Positions 28,700 to 38,827 of a stretch of 64,000 nt of DNA are shown piece after piece. The notes beneath the pieces are model-generated. The model did no database searches. It was not told the DNA's origin and saw only the letters and a list, made by a program, of their open reading frames with translations. The position numbers were made by a program, and so were the translations under genes. Position 1 is the first letter of the stretch; each line of letters begins with the position of its first letter. The DNA comes from Planctomycetota bacterium (GTDB lineage Bacteria > Planctomycetota > UBA1135). The DNA is taken from positions 64,001 to 128,000 of the forward strand of contig JASFYO010000002.1 in assembly GCA_045047305.1 (NCBI GenBank), read 5' to 3'.

Positions 28700-30159
28700 T
28701 CCTAAGCACCCTAATCCTTTGTTCCCTCCAGACTGGCAGCTTCGATGCAGCCATCGCTGATGCCTCTGCGCTTGCCTCGAAGAACAACTTCCACGGCGCT
28801 GTCCAACTGCTAAAGGATGCTGGCGTAGAAGACAGCACCGATGCTGCCGGCTGGACGGCCTACGGCGAAATGACCGCCAAGTGGACCGAGTTTGAAATCG
28901 GAGCCGGGCGTATTGGCGGTCTCGATGCCTACGATGCATGGAATGATGTCGCTTGGATTTATGAGAAAGCCGCTTCGATGTCTGGCGCCGAAGACAAGGT
29001 ATGGGTGAACTGGTCAGAAGCCATGCTCAACGGCAACGACGTTGTGAATAGTTTGCGCACGGTGGAAGATGGATTAGCGAAGTTCCCGAAGTCCGCCGCC
29101 CTGCTCATGCAGCAAGGACGTGTTTTGATGTCGCTTGCGCGCGCGAGTGCTGAAGTCGGCAACGCCGAAACGGCTAGCGAAGAATTTGGCCAAGCAGAAG
29201 CGGCATTCCGCGCTGCGATGAAAGCAGCGCCGAAAACTGCCGCACCCTGTTTACGCTTAGGCGAGCTGCAATGGACGCTTTACTTCAACTCTGGGCAAAG
29301 CGATCAAGCCATGCACGATGGCGCGATTGAGTCGTTTATGAGTGCCGCCAAACGCGATGCTGCTGGCGTCGACGGTGGCATGGTGTCGAATTGGCTTGGT
29401 GCAGAGAGCCTTCCGATCCTAGATGTCTTGATCAAAAACCAACCAGACGAAGTCCTGAACTACTGGTATCGCGGTTCTACCTATTACGCGCAGGGTCCAG
29501 AGGCATGGCCCCATACTCGCGATGACTTCCTGAAAGTTTTGCAGCTTAATCCGAACTTCACCAATGCGTATTACTTCTTAGCCGACGGCGCAATGCAACG
29601 TGGGCAATCGCTGGACAAGACCGGCAAAGATGCACTGCAAGAAAAAGCATACGGCGCAGCCGCTAAATTCTGGGCTTTGTACCTCAAAGACTTTGGGCCG
29701 ACTTACCTACAGTCGGTGAAAAAAAATCCGGACGGCGCCAAGGACGCTGCCACCAGAATGAACTGGTTGGCGGGCAAATCCACCATGGATAACGGCATCA
29801 TCCTTCTGGAATGGGCCACCACCGCCAACCCTGGCTTCGCCGATGCGTGGAACAACCTCGCCCTCTTCTACCGCGATACGCGCGAAGCTGAGAAATCGCT
29901 CAAGGCCTACGCCAAAGCACATGAGCTGAAGCCTGACGACCCGCAAATCATGAATGATTATGCGGTCATCTACCACTACTACCTCAAGACCAAGGACGAT
30001 GTGGCGCGCCAGCTTTACAAGCAGGCCATTTCCCGTGCAGAAGCCATGCTTGAGAGTGGCGAGGTGAAAGAGGCTGACCAAAACCGCATCCGTACTGCGC
30101 TGCACGATGCAAAAAACAACCTCAAAAAGCTGGACGCGGGCAACCGCAAAAACAGCTAG
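28696..30159 (+). CDS. Secreted TPR-repeat protein
   Basis: ATGA overlap with the upstream gene; signal-like N-terminus; TPR motifs (LNPNFTNAYYFLA, PGFADAWNNLA). Confidence 0.8.
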   Translation: MILSTLILCSLQTGSFDAAIADASALASKNNFHGAVQLLKDAGVEDSTDAAGWTAYGEMTAKWTEFEIGAGRIGGLDAYDAWNDVAWIYEKAASMSGAEDKVWVNWSEAMLNGNDVVNSLRTVEDGLAKFPKSAALLMQQGRVLMSLARASAEVGNAETASEEFGQAEAAFRAAMKAAPKTAAPCLRLGELQWTLYFNSGQSDQAMHDGAIESFMSAAKRDAAGVDGGMVSNWLGAESLPILDVLIKNQPDEVLNYWYRGSTYYAQGPEAWPHTRDDFLKVLQLNPNFTNAYYFLADGAMQRGQSLDKTGKDALQEKAYGAAAKFWALYLKDFGPTYLQSVKKNPDGAKDAATRMNWLAGKSTMDNGIILLEWATTANPGFADAWNNLALFYRDTREAEKSLKAYAKAHELKPDDPQIMNDYAVIYHYYLKTKDDVARQLYKQAISRAEAMLESGEVKEADQNRIRTALHDAKNNLKKLDAGNRKNS

Positions 30160-30180
30160 AGGTTTTTCTCCCCCACAAGC

Positions 30181-30215
30181 AACAACCCGTGAGGAATCTA
30201 ACCTCGCGGGTTGTT
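30181..30215 (+). terminator. 14-bp stem hairpin after the TPR operon, overlapping the trkA promoter region
   Basis: AACAACCCGTGAGG / CCTCGCGGGTTGTT with one G-U pair. Confidence 0.6.
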
Positions 30216-30228
30216 ATCATTCCCACAC

Positions 30229-31590
30229 ATGCGGATTACCATCGGTGGTGAAGATGCCGTCGCCTTCCGGCTCGCGGAAGCCTTGATGGCGGACCATGAG
30301 GTTACGGTCATTGTGCCTGAAGAGGTACGCGACCCGGCCTTGGAGCGTTTAGACGTGCAAGTTCTGCATGGAGTGACCTCGTCTGGCAGCACCCTGAAGG
30401 CTGCAGAAGTGCATAAGGCCGATTTATTCGTTGCATGCACCCCCGCAGATGAGCGCAACCTGGTTGCCTGCGCGGAGGCCAAGCGATTAGGTGCAAAGGA
30501 GGTCACTTGCTTCCTGCGACGCCATGAGGTGCAAACTAACGAGTCGGAAGCGGCCTCGTTGGCGCGCTCCCTTCATATCGATCAGGTGATTTTGCCGGCC
30601 GCACGATTAGCCCGCGAGATTCTGAAAATCGTCATGGTGCCAGGCGCGCTCGAAGCCGATGCCTTCGTCAATGGCAAGGTACGTTTGGTGAAACGTGTGG
30701 TCGAAGCCAAGTCGAAGTTTGATGGCACCAGTTTGAAAGAAGTCGGTGTGCCCAAAGGTATCGTATTAGTGATGGTGCAACGTGGCGAGGAGCGTTTTAT
30801 CCCTAAAGGCAACACTCGTTTTGAAGCTGGCGACAAGCTCACGGCAATGGGCAGCCTGAGTGGCATCAACCGTTTGCTGACACGCTATCTCACCGCGCGC
30901 GATCATGGACGTGACCCTCGCCGCGCAGTCGTTGTTGGTGGCGGTGCGGTTGGCTTTTCCGTCGCACTTGGACTGGAGAAGGCTGGCTGGAAAGTCAAAG
31001 TCATTGAAGCCAATGAAAAACGCGCATTGGAAATTGCGCCGCTCCTGGAGTCTCTGGTACTTCATGGCGACGGCACCGATTTGGAGCTCCTGCGCGAGGA
31101 ACACATCGCGGATAACCCGGTGCTGATTGCAGTGACCAGCCACGACGAGAAAAACTTGCTGGTTTCGTTACTGGCCAAGCAACAGGGAGTCGCGCGGATC
31201 GTGACACGGGCGGATAAGGAATCGAATGAGTGGTTGTTCGAAAACGTTGGCATTGACGTAGTACGTTCGGCTACCGGCGCCGCAATCCGCACCGTGGTAC
31301 GCAAAGTGAATCGTTCCGAGCACGACCTCATGGCCGAGTTCGAGCATGGCGATGTCAAGGTTTTACGTCTCAATGTACCCGAAACCACGATGCCAATCGC
31401 GCTGTCCGATCTGCGCGCACCCATGTTTGCGATTGTCGGAGCTATCCTTCGCAACAGCAAAGTCATCATCCCGCAAGGCAGCGATGAAATTCATGGTGGC
31501 GACCAGCTTCTGGTTTTCTGTCAGACCGATTGCGCGGCAGAAACCAGGCTCTTCTTCGAATCCCAAGCCAGTCCAAGTAAGGACACATAA
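30229..31590 (+). CDS. trkA: Trk potassium uptake regulatory subunit
   Basis: Two RCK_N/RCK_C pairs; GGGAVG; HGDGTD..LL.EE; adjacent to trkH. Confidence 0.9.
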   Translation: MRITIGGEDAVAFRLAEALMADHEVTVIVPEEVRDPALERLDVQVLHGVTSSGSTLKAAEVHKADLFVACTPADERNLVACAEAKRLGAKEVTCFLRRHEVQTNESEAASLARSLHIDQVILPAARLAREILKIVMVPGALEADAFVNGKVRLVKRVVEAKSKFDGTSLKEVGVPKGIVLVMVQRGEERFIPKGNTRFEAGDKLTAMGSLSGINRLLTRYLTARDHGRDPRRAVVVGGGAVGFSVALGLEKAGWKVKVIEANEKRALEIAPLLESLVLHGDGTDLELLREEHIADNPVLIAVTSHDEKNLLVSLLAKQQGVARIVTRADKESNEWLFENVGIDVVRSATGAAIRTVVRKVNRSEHDLMAEFEHGDVKVLRLNVPETTMPIALSDLRAPMFAIVGAILRNSKVIIPQGSDEIHGGDQLLVFCQTDCAAETRLFFESQASPSKDT

Positions 31591-31596
31591 TCCTTC

Positions 31597-33084
31597 ATGC
31601 GCATTGCGCCCGTCCTCGGTGTTATCGGCCGCTTGCTGCAGATTTTCTGCGTGGCGTTCTTACCTCCTTTAGCACTGGCCACTTGGGACTATTATTTCCA
31701 CGCCGCTCCGGCTGCCGAAATCCTTGAATTCAGTGGCGCCCTAGTACTCACTTGGTGCTCTGGTTGGCTACTCGCGCGCTTTTTTGTCAAGGAGCCTGAT
31801 TTTCGCCGCGCGGAAGCCCTAGCCATTGTTTCTGGGACATGGCTGGTCATCGCCCACTTCGCGGCCATCCCTTACTTGTTCTCTGGCCTCGGTTATGTCG
31901 ATTCCTTCTTCGAGTCGATGTCTGGCCTAACCACCACCGGCGCCACCATTCTGCAAGACTTCGGAGCCCACGGACGCGCTTTCTTTTTGTGGCGTTCCAT
32001 GACGCAGTGGTTTGGCGGTTTGGGTGTCATCGCTTTGTTCGTAGTTGTTCTTCCACAGTTAGGAATTGCCGGACGCCAAATCCTTTTCGCCGAAGGCTCG
32101 GATGCCACCACCGACGTCATCAGCCCCAGCGTACGCGAATCCGCCCGCCGTTTATGGCAGCTCTACGGCTTCCTCACCATTTTGGAAATGGGCATGCTGT
32201 TTTTCCTTGGCAACATGGGTATCTACGATGCGTGCTGCCACGCCTTAACCACCATGTCGGCCGGCGGTTTCTCGCCGAACCCCGCCTCGATCGCTGGGTA
32301 CAACAGCGCAAGCGTGGAATGGATTATCACCGGCTTCATGATCTTAAGTGGCATGAGCTTTCCACTGATTTGGGTTGGTTTCACGCGCCGACCAAAGGAA
32401 TTCTTACGCGATGGCGAGTTCCGCTTCTACATCGTGTGCATCTTGCTCGCAGCCGGCGGATTGTCCTTCCTGCTTGCCGGGGGCATGCCCAGCATGGAAG
32501 ATGTTCGTATTAGTTTATTCCAAACCACGAGTCTGATTTCAAGCACCGGATTCGCTAGCGTGGATTATGCGCAAGCACCCTGGACCGATGGCATGAGAGT
32601 GCTTCTACTATTCGTCATGTTAGTTGGCGGGTGCGCGGGATCTGCAGCTGGTGGCCCCAAAGCAGTGCGTATTTTGTTATCGCTTAAATTCATGTGGCGC
32701 GAATTCACCCGTGTATTGCACCCACGTGGGGTGATACCTCTACGCCACCGTGGACGCGCCGTACCCAACGACGCCATGCGCGCCATCCTCAATCTAGTAC
32801 TTGTGTTTGGCGTATTAGAGTTGGTCGTAGGCGCGATGATGGTGCTGTTAAATCCCGGCATGGACCTCATCTCTGGATTCACATCGGCGCTGGCTTGCAT
32901 CGGCAATATTGGCCCCGGCTTTGAAGCGGTTGGCCCGATGGAGAATTTCGCCGCGCTTCACCCGCTATCGAAAATCATTCTCACCCTAGGCATGTGGATG
33001 GGACGCTTGGAACTACTCACGGTCTTGGTGCTGCTCCATCCCGATGTCCTGCGCAATCTGCATTGGCGGGGCCGCCGTTCGTGA
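31597..33084 (+). CDS. trkH: Trk potassium uptake membrane protein
   Basis: FFESMSGLTTTGAT, QWFGGLG, SAGG, SSTG and GNIGPG pore loops; GRLE. Confidence 0.95.
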   Translation: MRIAPVLGVIGRLLQIFCVAFLPPLALATWDYYFHAAPAAEILEFSGALVLTWCSGWLLARFFVKEPDFRRAEALAIVSGTWLVIAHFAAIPYLFSGLGYVDSFFESMSGLTTTGATILQDFGAHGRAFFLWRSMTQWFGGLGVIALFVVVLPQLGIAGRQILFAEGSDATTDVISPSVRESARRLWQLYGFLTILEMGMLFFLGNMGIYDACCHALTTMSAGGFSPNPASIAGYNSASVEWIITGFMILSGMSFPLIWVGFTRRPKEFLRDGEFRFYIVCILLAAGGLSFLLAGGMPSMEDVRISLFQTTSLISSTGFASVDYAQAPWTDGMRVLLLFVMLVGGCAGSAAGGPKAVRILLSLKFMWREFTRVLHPRGVIPLRHRGRAVPNDAMRAILNLVLVFGVLELVVGAMMVLLNPGMDLISGFTSALACIGNIGPGFEAVGPMENFAALHPLSKIILTLGMWMGRLELLTVLVLLHPDVLRNLHWRGRRS

Positions 33085-34091
33085 TTAAGTACCTAGGCTC
33101 CAAACGCCTGCTACTTCCATTCATCCTCCAGGCATGTGAGGATGTAGTTGCGTCGGGCAAGGTACTGGATTTGTTTTCAGGAACCTCGCGCGTTGGCCAA
33201 GCGATGAAGGCTGCTGGCTACCGCGTGATTTCAAATGACAACAATCGTTACGCCGAAATTGTGGCACGTTGTTACGTTGAGGCCGACGCTGAAGAACATA
33301 CAGATTTTATTCAGCAGGCATTGATGGAGTTGCGTAATGCCCCCCCCATCGATGCTTGGTTCACCCAAACCTACTGTCGCGACAGCCGCTTCTTTCAACC
33401 CGAAAACGGAGTCAAGATCGAAGGTATGCGCTCTGCATTAGAAGCCATGCAACTGCCTGCGCTGCAGAAATCGATTCTATTGGTTTCCATCATGGAAGCT
33501 GCCGACCGAGTCGATTCCACCACTGGCGTGCAAATGGCATACCTAAAGCAATGGGCCAAACGATCCTCCAACTGCTTAGAATTGCGCGCACCAGAATTGC
33601 TACCGCGCTCCCAAGGCGGCAGCTGCGAAGCCTGGTGCATGGACGCCCTGGATGCCGCCAAACGTTTCCAAGGTGATTTGGTTTATCTAGATCCGCCGTA
33701 CAACCAACACTCCTATCTTGGCAACTATCACATCTGGGAAACCCTAGTGCGCTGGGATCAACCCGAGGTTTACGGCATTGCCTGCAAACGCGTGGATTGC
33801 CGCGAACGTCGCAGTTTGTTTAACTCCAAACCTGGTTTCAAAGACGCCTTTGGAGCCGTATTGCAAGCCCTCCACGGACACCCAATGATCATTTCATTCA
33901 ACGATGAAGGTTACATCACGCGAGAGGAAATGGTTCCGTTACTAGAACGACACGGCGCGGTAGAAGTCCGTGCGCAATCTCACCCGCGCTATGTTGGAGC
34001 AAAAATAGGGATTCATAACCAACAGGGCGTGAAAGTCGGCAAGGTCTCCCACCTCAGGAACAAGGAGTACTTGTTTCTGGTGCGTCCCTAA
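33081..34091 (+). CDS. D12-class N6-adenine DNA methyltransferase (no neighbouring nuclease)
   Basis: KYLGSK (motif X), VLDLFSGT (motif I), DLVYLDPPY (motif IV). GTG 33081 overlaps the trkH TGA. Confidence 0.88.
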   Translation: MIKYLGSKRLLLPFILQACEDVVASGKVLDLFSGTSRVGQAMKAAGYRVISNDNNRYAEIVARCYVEADAEEHTDFIQQALMELRNAPPIDAWFTQTYCRDSRFFQPENGVKIEGMRSALEAMQLPALQKSILLVSIMEAADRVDSTTGVQMAYLKQWAKRSSNCLELRAPELLPRSQGGSCEAWCMDALDAAKRFQGDLVYLDPPYNQHSYLGNYHIWETLVRWDQPEVYGIACKRVDCRERRSLFNSKPGFKDAFGAVLQALHGHPMIISFNDEGYITREEMVPLLERHGAVEVRAQSHPRYVGAKIGIHNQQGVKVGKVSHLRNKEYLFLVRP

Positions 34092-34119
34092 AGGGAGCTT
34101 GGGGGGAGGGTAGCTAGTT

Positions 34120-34536
34120 CTAGCCTTCGTGCATCGCGATGTAGTCGCGCATCTCACGCACCTCATCATGGATGAGGTCACGAATCGATAACACACCGAC
34201 CAGTTGGCCGACGGCATCGAGTACCGGCAAATGCCGGATGTGATGGCGGCGCATCAAGAAACGAGCATCCGATGTGGTGTGCCCGATTTCTGCGCAAATC
34301 AATTCCCGAGTCATGACATCCTCAACACACACTTTGTCGACATTGAGGTTTTGCAGCAAGACGCGTTTGAGCACGTCGCGCTCCGTGAAAAGACCCACTA
34401 ATTTGGTGCCATCCATGATTGCGGCTGCACCTACATTCGCTTCCGCCATTGCTTTGGCTGCATCGCGCACCGTGGCTTGCGGGCTAATCGAGACGACCCG
34501 CTTCTGCTTACCCACGAGATTATTCAGTTCTGTCAT
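34120..34536 (-). CDS. CBS-domain pair protein
   Basis: LVGLFTERD, VEDVMT, IRHLPV...LVGVLSIRDL; SD AAGGAG; candidate TTGTGA-17-TAAAGT promoter. Confidence 0.9.
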   Translation of the reverse strand: MTELNNLVGKQKRVVSISPQATVRDAAKAMAEANVGAAAIMDGTKLVGLFTERDVLKRVLLQNLNVDKVCVEDVMTRELICAEIGHTTSDARFLMRRHHIRHLPVLDAVGQLVGVLSIRDLIHDEVREMRDYIAMHEG

Positions 34537-34616
34537 TTATTTCTCCTTATCTAACTTTACGCTGTAAACATCCCTTTCACAAATTATTTTAGTCATAGAG
34601 TTGCAATCAAATAGCT

Positions 34617-35090
34617 CTACCCCGCCTCAACGGGTACTACAAGGTTGGGCCAAACCGCTTTTTGCTCGACTCCGAATAAAAGCGCAGTTTGAATCTGAGC
34701 GACCTCCTCACGCGTGGTGAAGGCATCGAGTGCGAGATCGCGAAGGTGGTTGGCATCGCGTACGGCGACGTGCACGAGAAAATCGAAATCTCCAGCGAGA
34801 TGGAAAAAGCCCACTGTTTCAGGCAATTGCAGGATGTGCTCCGTGAGGCTTACCACCTGATTGCGTGAATGTCGCGCCAACCGCACCTGAATCATCGCCT
34901 GGATTCCAATCCCAAGAGCTTGCGGATCCACCCGAGCATGAAACCCCTGTAAAACCCCATTTGCCTGGAGTCTTTTGACCCGCTCCAAACAACTGGAGGC
35001 CGCCAAATGCACTTTCGCCGCAAGCTCCTTGTTATTGAGCCGTGCATTCTTCTGTAATTCATCTAGAATTGCGTAATCTATTCGGTCCAT
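34617..35090 (-). CDS. Lrp/AsnC-family transcriptional regulator
   Basis: MDRIDYAILDELQKNAR..N.ELA..V.L..S.CLERVKRL HTH; GDFDFL RAM domain. Confidence 0.93.
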   Translation of the reverse strand: MDRIDYAILDELQKNARLNNKELAAKVHLAASSCLERVKRLQANGVLQGFHARVDPQALGIGIQAMIQVRLARHSRNQVVSLTEHILQLPETVGFFHLAGDFDFLVHVAVRDANHLRDLALDAFTTREEVAQIQTALLFGVEQKAVWPNLVVPVEAG

Positions 35091-35160
35091 AAGCCAATAC
35101 TACCGCTAAATACGTGGATTATTCGATGGATTCCGCATGATTTTCGGATGGAATTAGGCC

Positions 35161-36378
35161 ATGGCTTACCATCTTGATACGCAGGCCGTCCATGGAGGAC
35201 GGGAAGATTTTCGCGACCTGGGCGTGCACGCTCCGCCGCTAGATTTCTCCACGACCTATCCAGTCCCAGACCTGGAGAGCGGCCGCGACAGCATTGATGC
35301 TTTAGCTAGCGGGAAAGCCCGTGCCGACTCCCCCATTTATGCGCGTTTGCACAACCCTACGGTCGATCGCTATGAAACGGCGTTTGCCGTGATGGAAAAC
35401 GCAGAGGCAAGCATCGCATTCGCTTCTGGTATGGCTGCGATTAACGGTATCTTTCAGGCCCTACGTATCCGCGACATGCAAGATGGGATCAAGCGCAACC
35501 GCATTCTGGCCGTGCGGCCGCTTTACGGCTGTACCGATCACTTGCTCGCAAGCGGTCTACTTGGTTTCGATGTTACTTGGGTTCACGAAAATGGCATTGC
35601 GGATGAAATCGATGAGAGCGTCGCGTTGATCGTGGTGGAAACCCCAGCCAACCCGACCCTGAGTTTGGTCGACATCGCAGCGGTGGTCGCACAAAGCGGT
35701 GGTGTTCCGGTGATGGTGGATAACACTTTTGCCACCCCACTACTGCAACTACCGCTCAACCTTGGTGCCACCTTCTCGGTGCATAGTGGGACCAAATACC
35801 TCGGTGGCCATGGCGACGTGCTCGCCGGCATCGTTGCAACCGACAACACTTGGGCAGCACGCATTCGTCAGGTACGTATCCTCACTGGCGGCAACCTACA
35901 CCCGATGGCGGCTTACCTTTTGCATCGTAGCCTTCCAACCCTTGGCTTACGCGTCGAACGTGCCCAGGAAAACGCGCGGGTTTTAGTCGACCGCTTGGCC
36001 CAACATCATCAGGTTGCTGCCATGTACTACCCAGGCTTTGCCGACAGCGACCCGACTGACATCGTCGGACGCCAGATGAAGGGCACTGGATCGGTAATTG
36101 CACTCGAGATGCACGGTGGCTTTGCTGCTGCCGCAAGCATGATGCAAGCGGTGAAGTTGTTTACCCCTGCCGTCAGCCTTGGCTCTACGGATAGCCTGAT
36201 AGAGCACCCTGCAGGCCTCACCCATCGCATTGTGGCTGAGGAAGGTCGCGAAGAAGGAGGCATCACCGAAGGCCTGGTTCGTATTGCCGTCGGCATTGAG
36301 CACATTGAGGATCTATGGCAGGACCTCGAACAAGCGCTTGAGAGCCTGCCAGTACCAGCGGCACGAAAAACCGCTTAA
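35161..36378 (+). CDS. Cys/Met metabolism PLP enzyme, probable methionine gamma-lyase
   Basis: YARLHNPT, SGMAA, LYGCT (Cys typical of MGL), ETPANP, VDNTF, SGTKYLGGHGD, AVSLG. Confidence 0.85.
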   Translation: MAYHLDTQAVHGGREDFRDLGVHAPPLDFSTTYPVPDLESGRDSIDALASGKARADSPIYARLHNPTVDRYETAFAVMENAEASIAFASGMAAINGIFQALRIRDMQDGIKRNRILAVRPLYGCTDHLLASGLLGFDVTWVHENGIADEIDESVALIVVETPANPTLSLVDIAAVVAQSGGVPVMVDNTFATPLLQLPLNLGATFSVHSGTKYLGGHGDVLAGIVATDNTWAARIRQVRILTGGNLHPMAAYLLHRSLPTLGLRVERAQENARVLVDRLAQHHQVAAMYYPGFADSDPTDIVGRQMKGTGSVIALEMHGGFAAAASMMQAVKLFTPAVSLGSTDSLIEHPAGLTHRIVAEEGREEGGITEGLVRIAVGIEHIEDLWQDLEQALESLPVPAARKTA

Positions 36379-38777
36379 GCCTTCTGCGTGGCTGCTTTCT
36401 CTTCCTTTAGCACCACGCCCATCATGTGAACAAGGCTGTCTGGGTTGAGCGAGATGGAATCTATCCCTCGCTCGACTAACCACTGCGTGATTTCAGGGAA
36501 ATCGGAGGGAGCTTGACCACAAATACCGATGTACTTGCCTTGCGCGCGGCAAGCCTTAATCGCCATTTCCATGAGTCTTAGCACGGCGGGATTGCGTTCA
36601 TCGTATCCAGTTAGCATGCCGGAATCCCGGTCCACCCCTAGAGTGAGCTGAGTGAGGTCATTGGAACCGATGGAAAGGCCATCGAAGTGTTCGAGGAACT
36701 CATCGGCAAGAATGGCATTACTCGGAAGTTCACACATCAAATAAACCTTGAGCCCATTTTCTCCACGACGCAATCCATAGCTAGCCATCTTATCCAGCAC
36801 CGCCTTGCCCTCTTCGACAGTGCGCACGAATGGGATCATCAGAATGACATTATCCAAGCCCATTTCCTCGCGCACACCTTTTAGCGCAGCGCATTCCATG
36901 GCGAAGGCTTCGGCGAATTGTTCGGAGAAGTAACGCGAAGCGCCGCGCCAGCCCAACATGGGGTTTTCTTCAAAGGGTTCATAGCGCGTACCGCCAAGCA
37001 GAGCCGCATATTCATTCGACTTGAAGTCGGACATACGCACCACCACCGGCCGCGGATGAAAGGCTGCAGCGATGGTTGCAACGCCTTCTGCCAAACGTCG
37101 AACGAAATAGTCTCGCGGGGTTGGATACCCTGCAATGATGGGCTCGATTTTTGCCCGCGTTTCCGCATCCAGGCCCTCGAAATCGAGCAAAGCCTGAGGG
37201 TGGACCTTGATGCTGTTGTTGATGATGAATTCAAGTCGAGCAAGGCCGACACCATCGGCAGGTAGACCGGAGAAATTTAGCGCCTGCTGCGGGTCGCCCA
37301 CATTGAGGTAAAGCTTGGTCTTCGGCTTCTCACGTCCTTCCAGATTGATCGTTTCTGCACTAAACGGTAAGACACCGGAATACACGTAACCGGTTTCCCC
37401 TTCTGCGCAGGAGACCGTCACTTTTTGATTCATCTTGATGCGTTCGGTTGCATCGCCACAACCCACAATGGCAGGAATGCCTAACTCGCGCGCAATGATG
37501 GCTGCATGGCAGGTTCGTCCACCGCGGTTGGTGACGATGGCGGATGCCGTTTTCATCACTGGCTCCCAATCAGGGTCAGTGATGTCGGTGACTAGGACAT
37601 CGCCGGGATGCACCTCGTGCATATTCTCTGAATCCAAAATGACACGTGCTGTTCCAGCGCCAATACGTTTGCCAACTGCGCGTCCTTCGACCAACACGGG
37701 GCCGCGTTCTTCCAACTGAAAGATCTCGTGGATATATCCAGTCTGACGCGAATGTACCGTTTCAGGGCGCGCTTGCAAAATGTAAAGCTCGCCATCTAAA
37801 CCATCCTTCGCCCATTCAATGTCCATTGGAGTGGGCTTCCCGCGTTCGTTGCTGTAATGATCTTCAATCAGTAAAGCGAATCGCGCCAACTGCTCGACTT
37901 CCTCATCGCTCAGGCAAAACTTCTTTTGCTCATCAATCAAAACCGCGACATTATGCACCGCACGGGTGGTGTCGGGATCACGGTCATAGACCATCTTGAT
38001 GGCCTTTTCTCCCAAACGTCTACGCAGAATCGGACGATTCCCAGCCCGCAAACCGGGCTTGTAGACATGCCATTCATCGGGGTTCACCGCACCTTGCACG
38101 ACATTCTCTCCAAGCCCATAAGCACCGTTGATGAGCACCAAATCGCGGAACCCCGTTTCCGTATCTAGGGTAAACATGACACCTGCACAACCGCGATCAG
38201 AGCGCACCATTTTCTGAACCCCAACCGAAATCGCAATCTCATCCACTCCATAACCTGTATGCGCGCGATAGGAAATCGCACGATTGGTATACAGACTGGC
38301 ATATACCCGGCGCACCTTCTCAATCAATACGGTCGAGGTACGCACGTTCAGGAAAGTCTCTTGTTGCCCCGCAAAGGAAGCATCAGGTAGATCTTCCGCA
38401 GTTGCAGAGCTGCGCACAGCTACGTCGTAATTGGTGCCGTACTCATTTTCGCGTCTGTTGTAGGCCGCGCGTATTTCAGCCGCTAAATCAACTGGCATTG
38501 GTGCTGCGCGAATCCACTGGCGAATCAAAGAACCGACTTGTTCTAATTGATCAAGTTTGGTCGGATCCAATCCCTTGATGGCCTGATCAATACGGGCCTC
38601 GAGATTGTTCTCACGTAAAAAATGGCGGTAAGCATTCGCCGTGACGGCGAAACCATTGGGCACTTGCACGCCCAAATCGGACAGTGCATGGAACATCTCA
38701 CCGAGGGATGAGTTCTTGCCGCCCACTTGAGGTAGGTCGGCAAGGCGAATTTTTGAAAAGGGAAGAATGAAGGTCAT
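36375..38777 (-). CDS. ppsA: Phosphoenolpyruvate synthase
   Basis: VGGKNSSLGEM, VAVRSSATAED, QARPETV, GGRTCHAAI (phospho-His), SIGSNDLTQ, ICGQAPSD. Confidence 0.97.
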   Translation of the reverse strand: MTFILPFSKIRLADLPQVGGKNSSLGEMFHALSDLGVQVPNGFAVTANAYRHFLRENNLEARIDQAIKGLDPTKLDQLEQVGSLIRQWIRAAPMPVDLAAEIRAAYNRRENEYGTNYDVAVRSSATAEDLPDASFAGQQETFLNVRTSTVLIEKVRRVYASLYTNRAISYRAHTGYGVDEIAISVGVQKMVRSDRGCAGVMFTLDTETGFRDLVLINGAYGLGENVVQGAVNPDEWHVYKPGLRAGNRPILRRRLGEKAIKMVYDRDPDTTRAVHNVAVLIDEQKKFCLSDEEVEQLARFALLIEDHYSNERGKPTPMDIEWAKDGLDGELYILQARPETVHSRQTGYIHEIFQLEERGPVLVEGRAVGKRIGAGTARVILDSENMHEVHPGDVLVTDITDPDWEPVMKTASAIVTNRGGRTCHAAIIARELGIPAIVGCGDATERIKMNQKVTVSCAEGETGYVYSGVLPFSAETINLEGREKPKTKLYLNVGDPQQALNFSGLPADGVGLARLEFIINNSIKVHPQALLDFEGLDAETRAKIEPIIAGYPTPRDYFVRRLAEGVATIAAAFHPRPVVVRMSDFKSNEYAALLGGTRYEPFEENPMLGWRGASRYFSEQFAEAFAMECAALKGVREEMGLDNVILMIPFVRTVEEGKAVLDKMASYGLRRGENGLKVYLMCELPSNAILADEFLEHFDGLSIGSNDLTQLTLGVDRDSGMLTGYDERNPAVLRLMEMAIKACRAQGKYIGICGQAPSDFPEITQWLVERGIDSISLNPDSLVHMMGVVLKEEKAATQKA

Positions 38778-38827
38778 GGGGGGAAGTACCTGACTTATGT
38801 ATACCCTTATCTTGGACGTTTTTCCGC

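Noticed and set aside
33081..34616. Possible restriction-modification or defence island, or mobile element, around the methyltransferase
   Set aside because: No nuclease, integrase, transposase, tRNA or flanking repeats were seen.
34540..34616. AT-rich spacer with TTGAT and TGTGA half-sites (FNR/CRP-like)
   Set aside because: The second half-sites are missing; a plain sigma-70 promoter explains the region.
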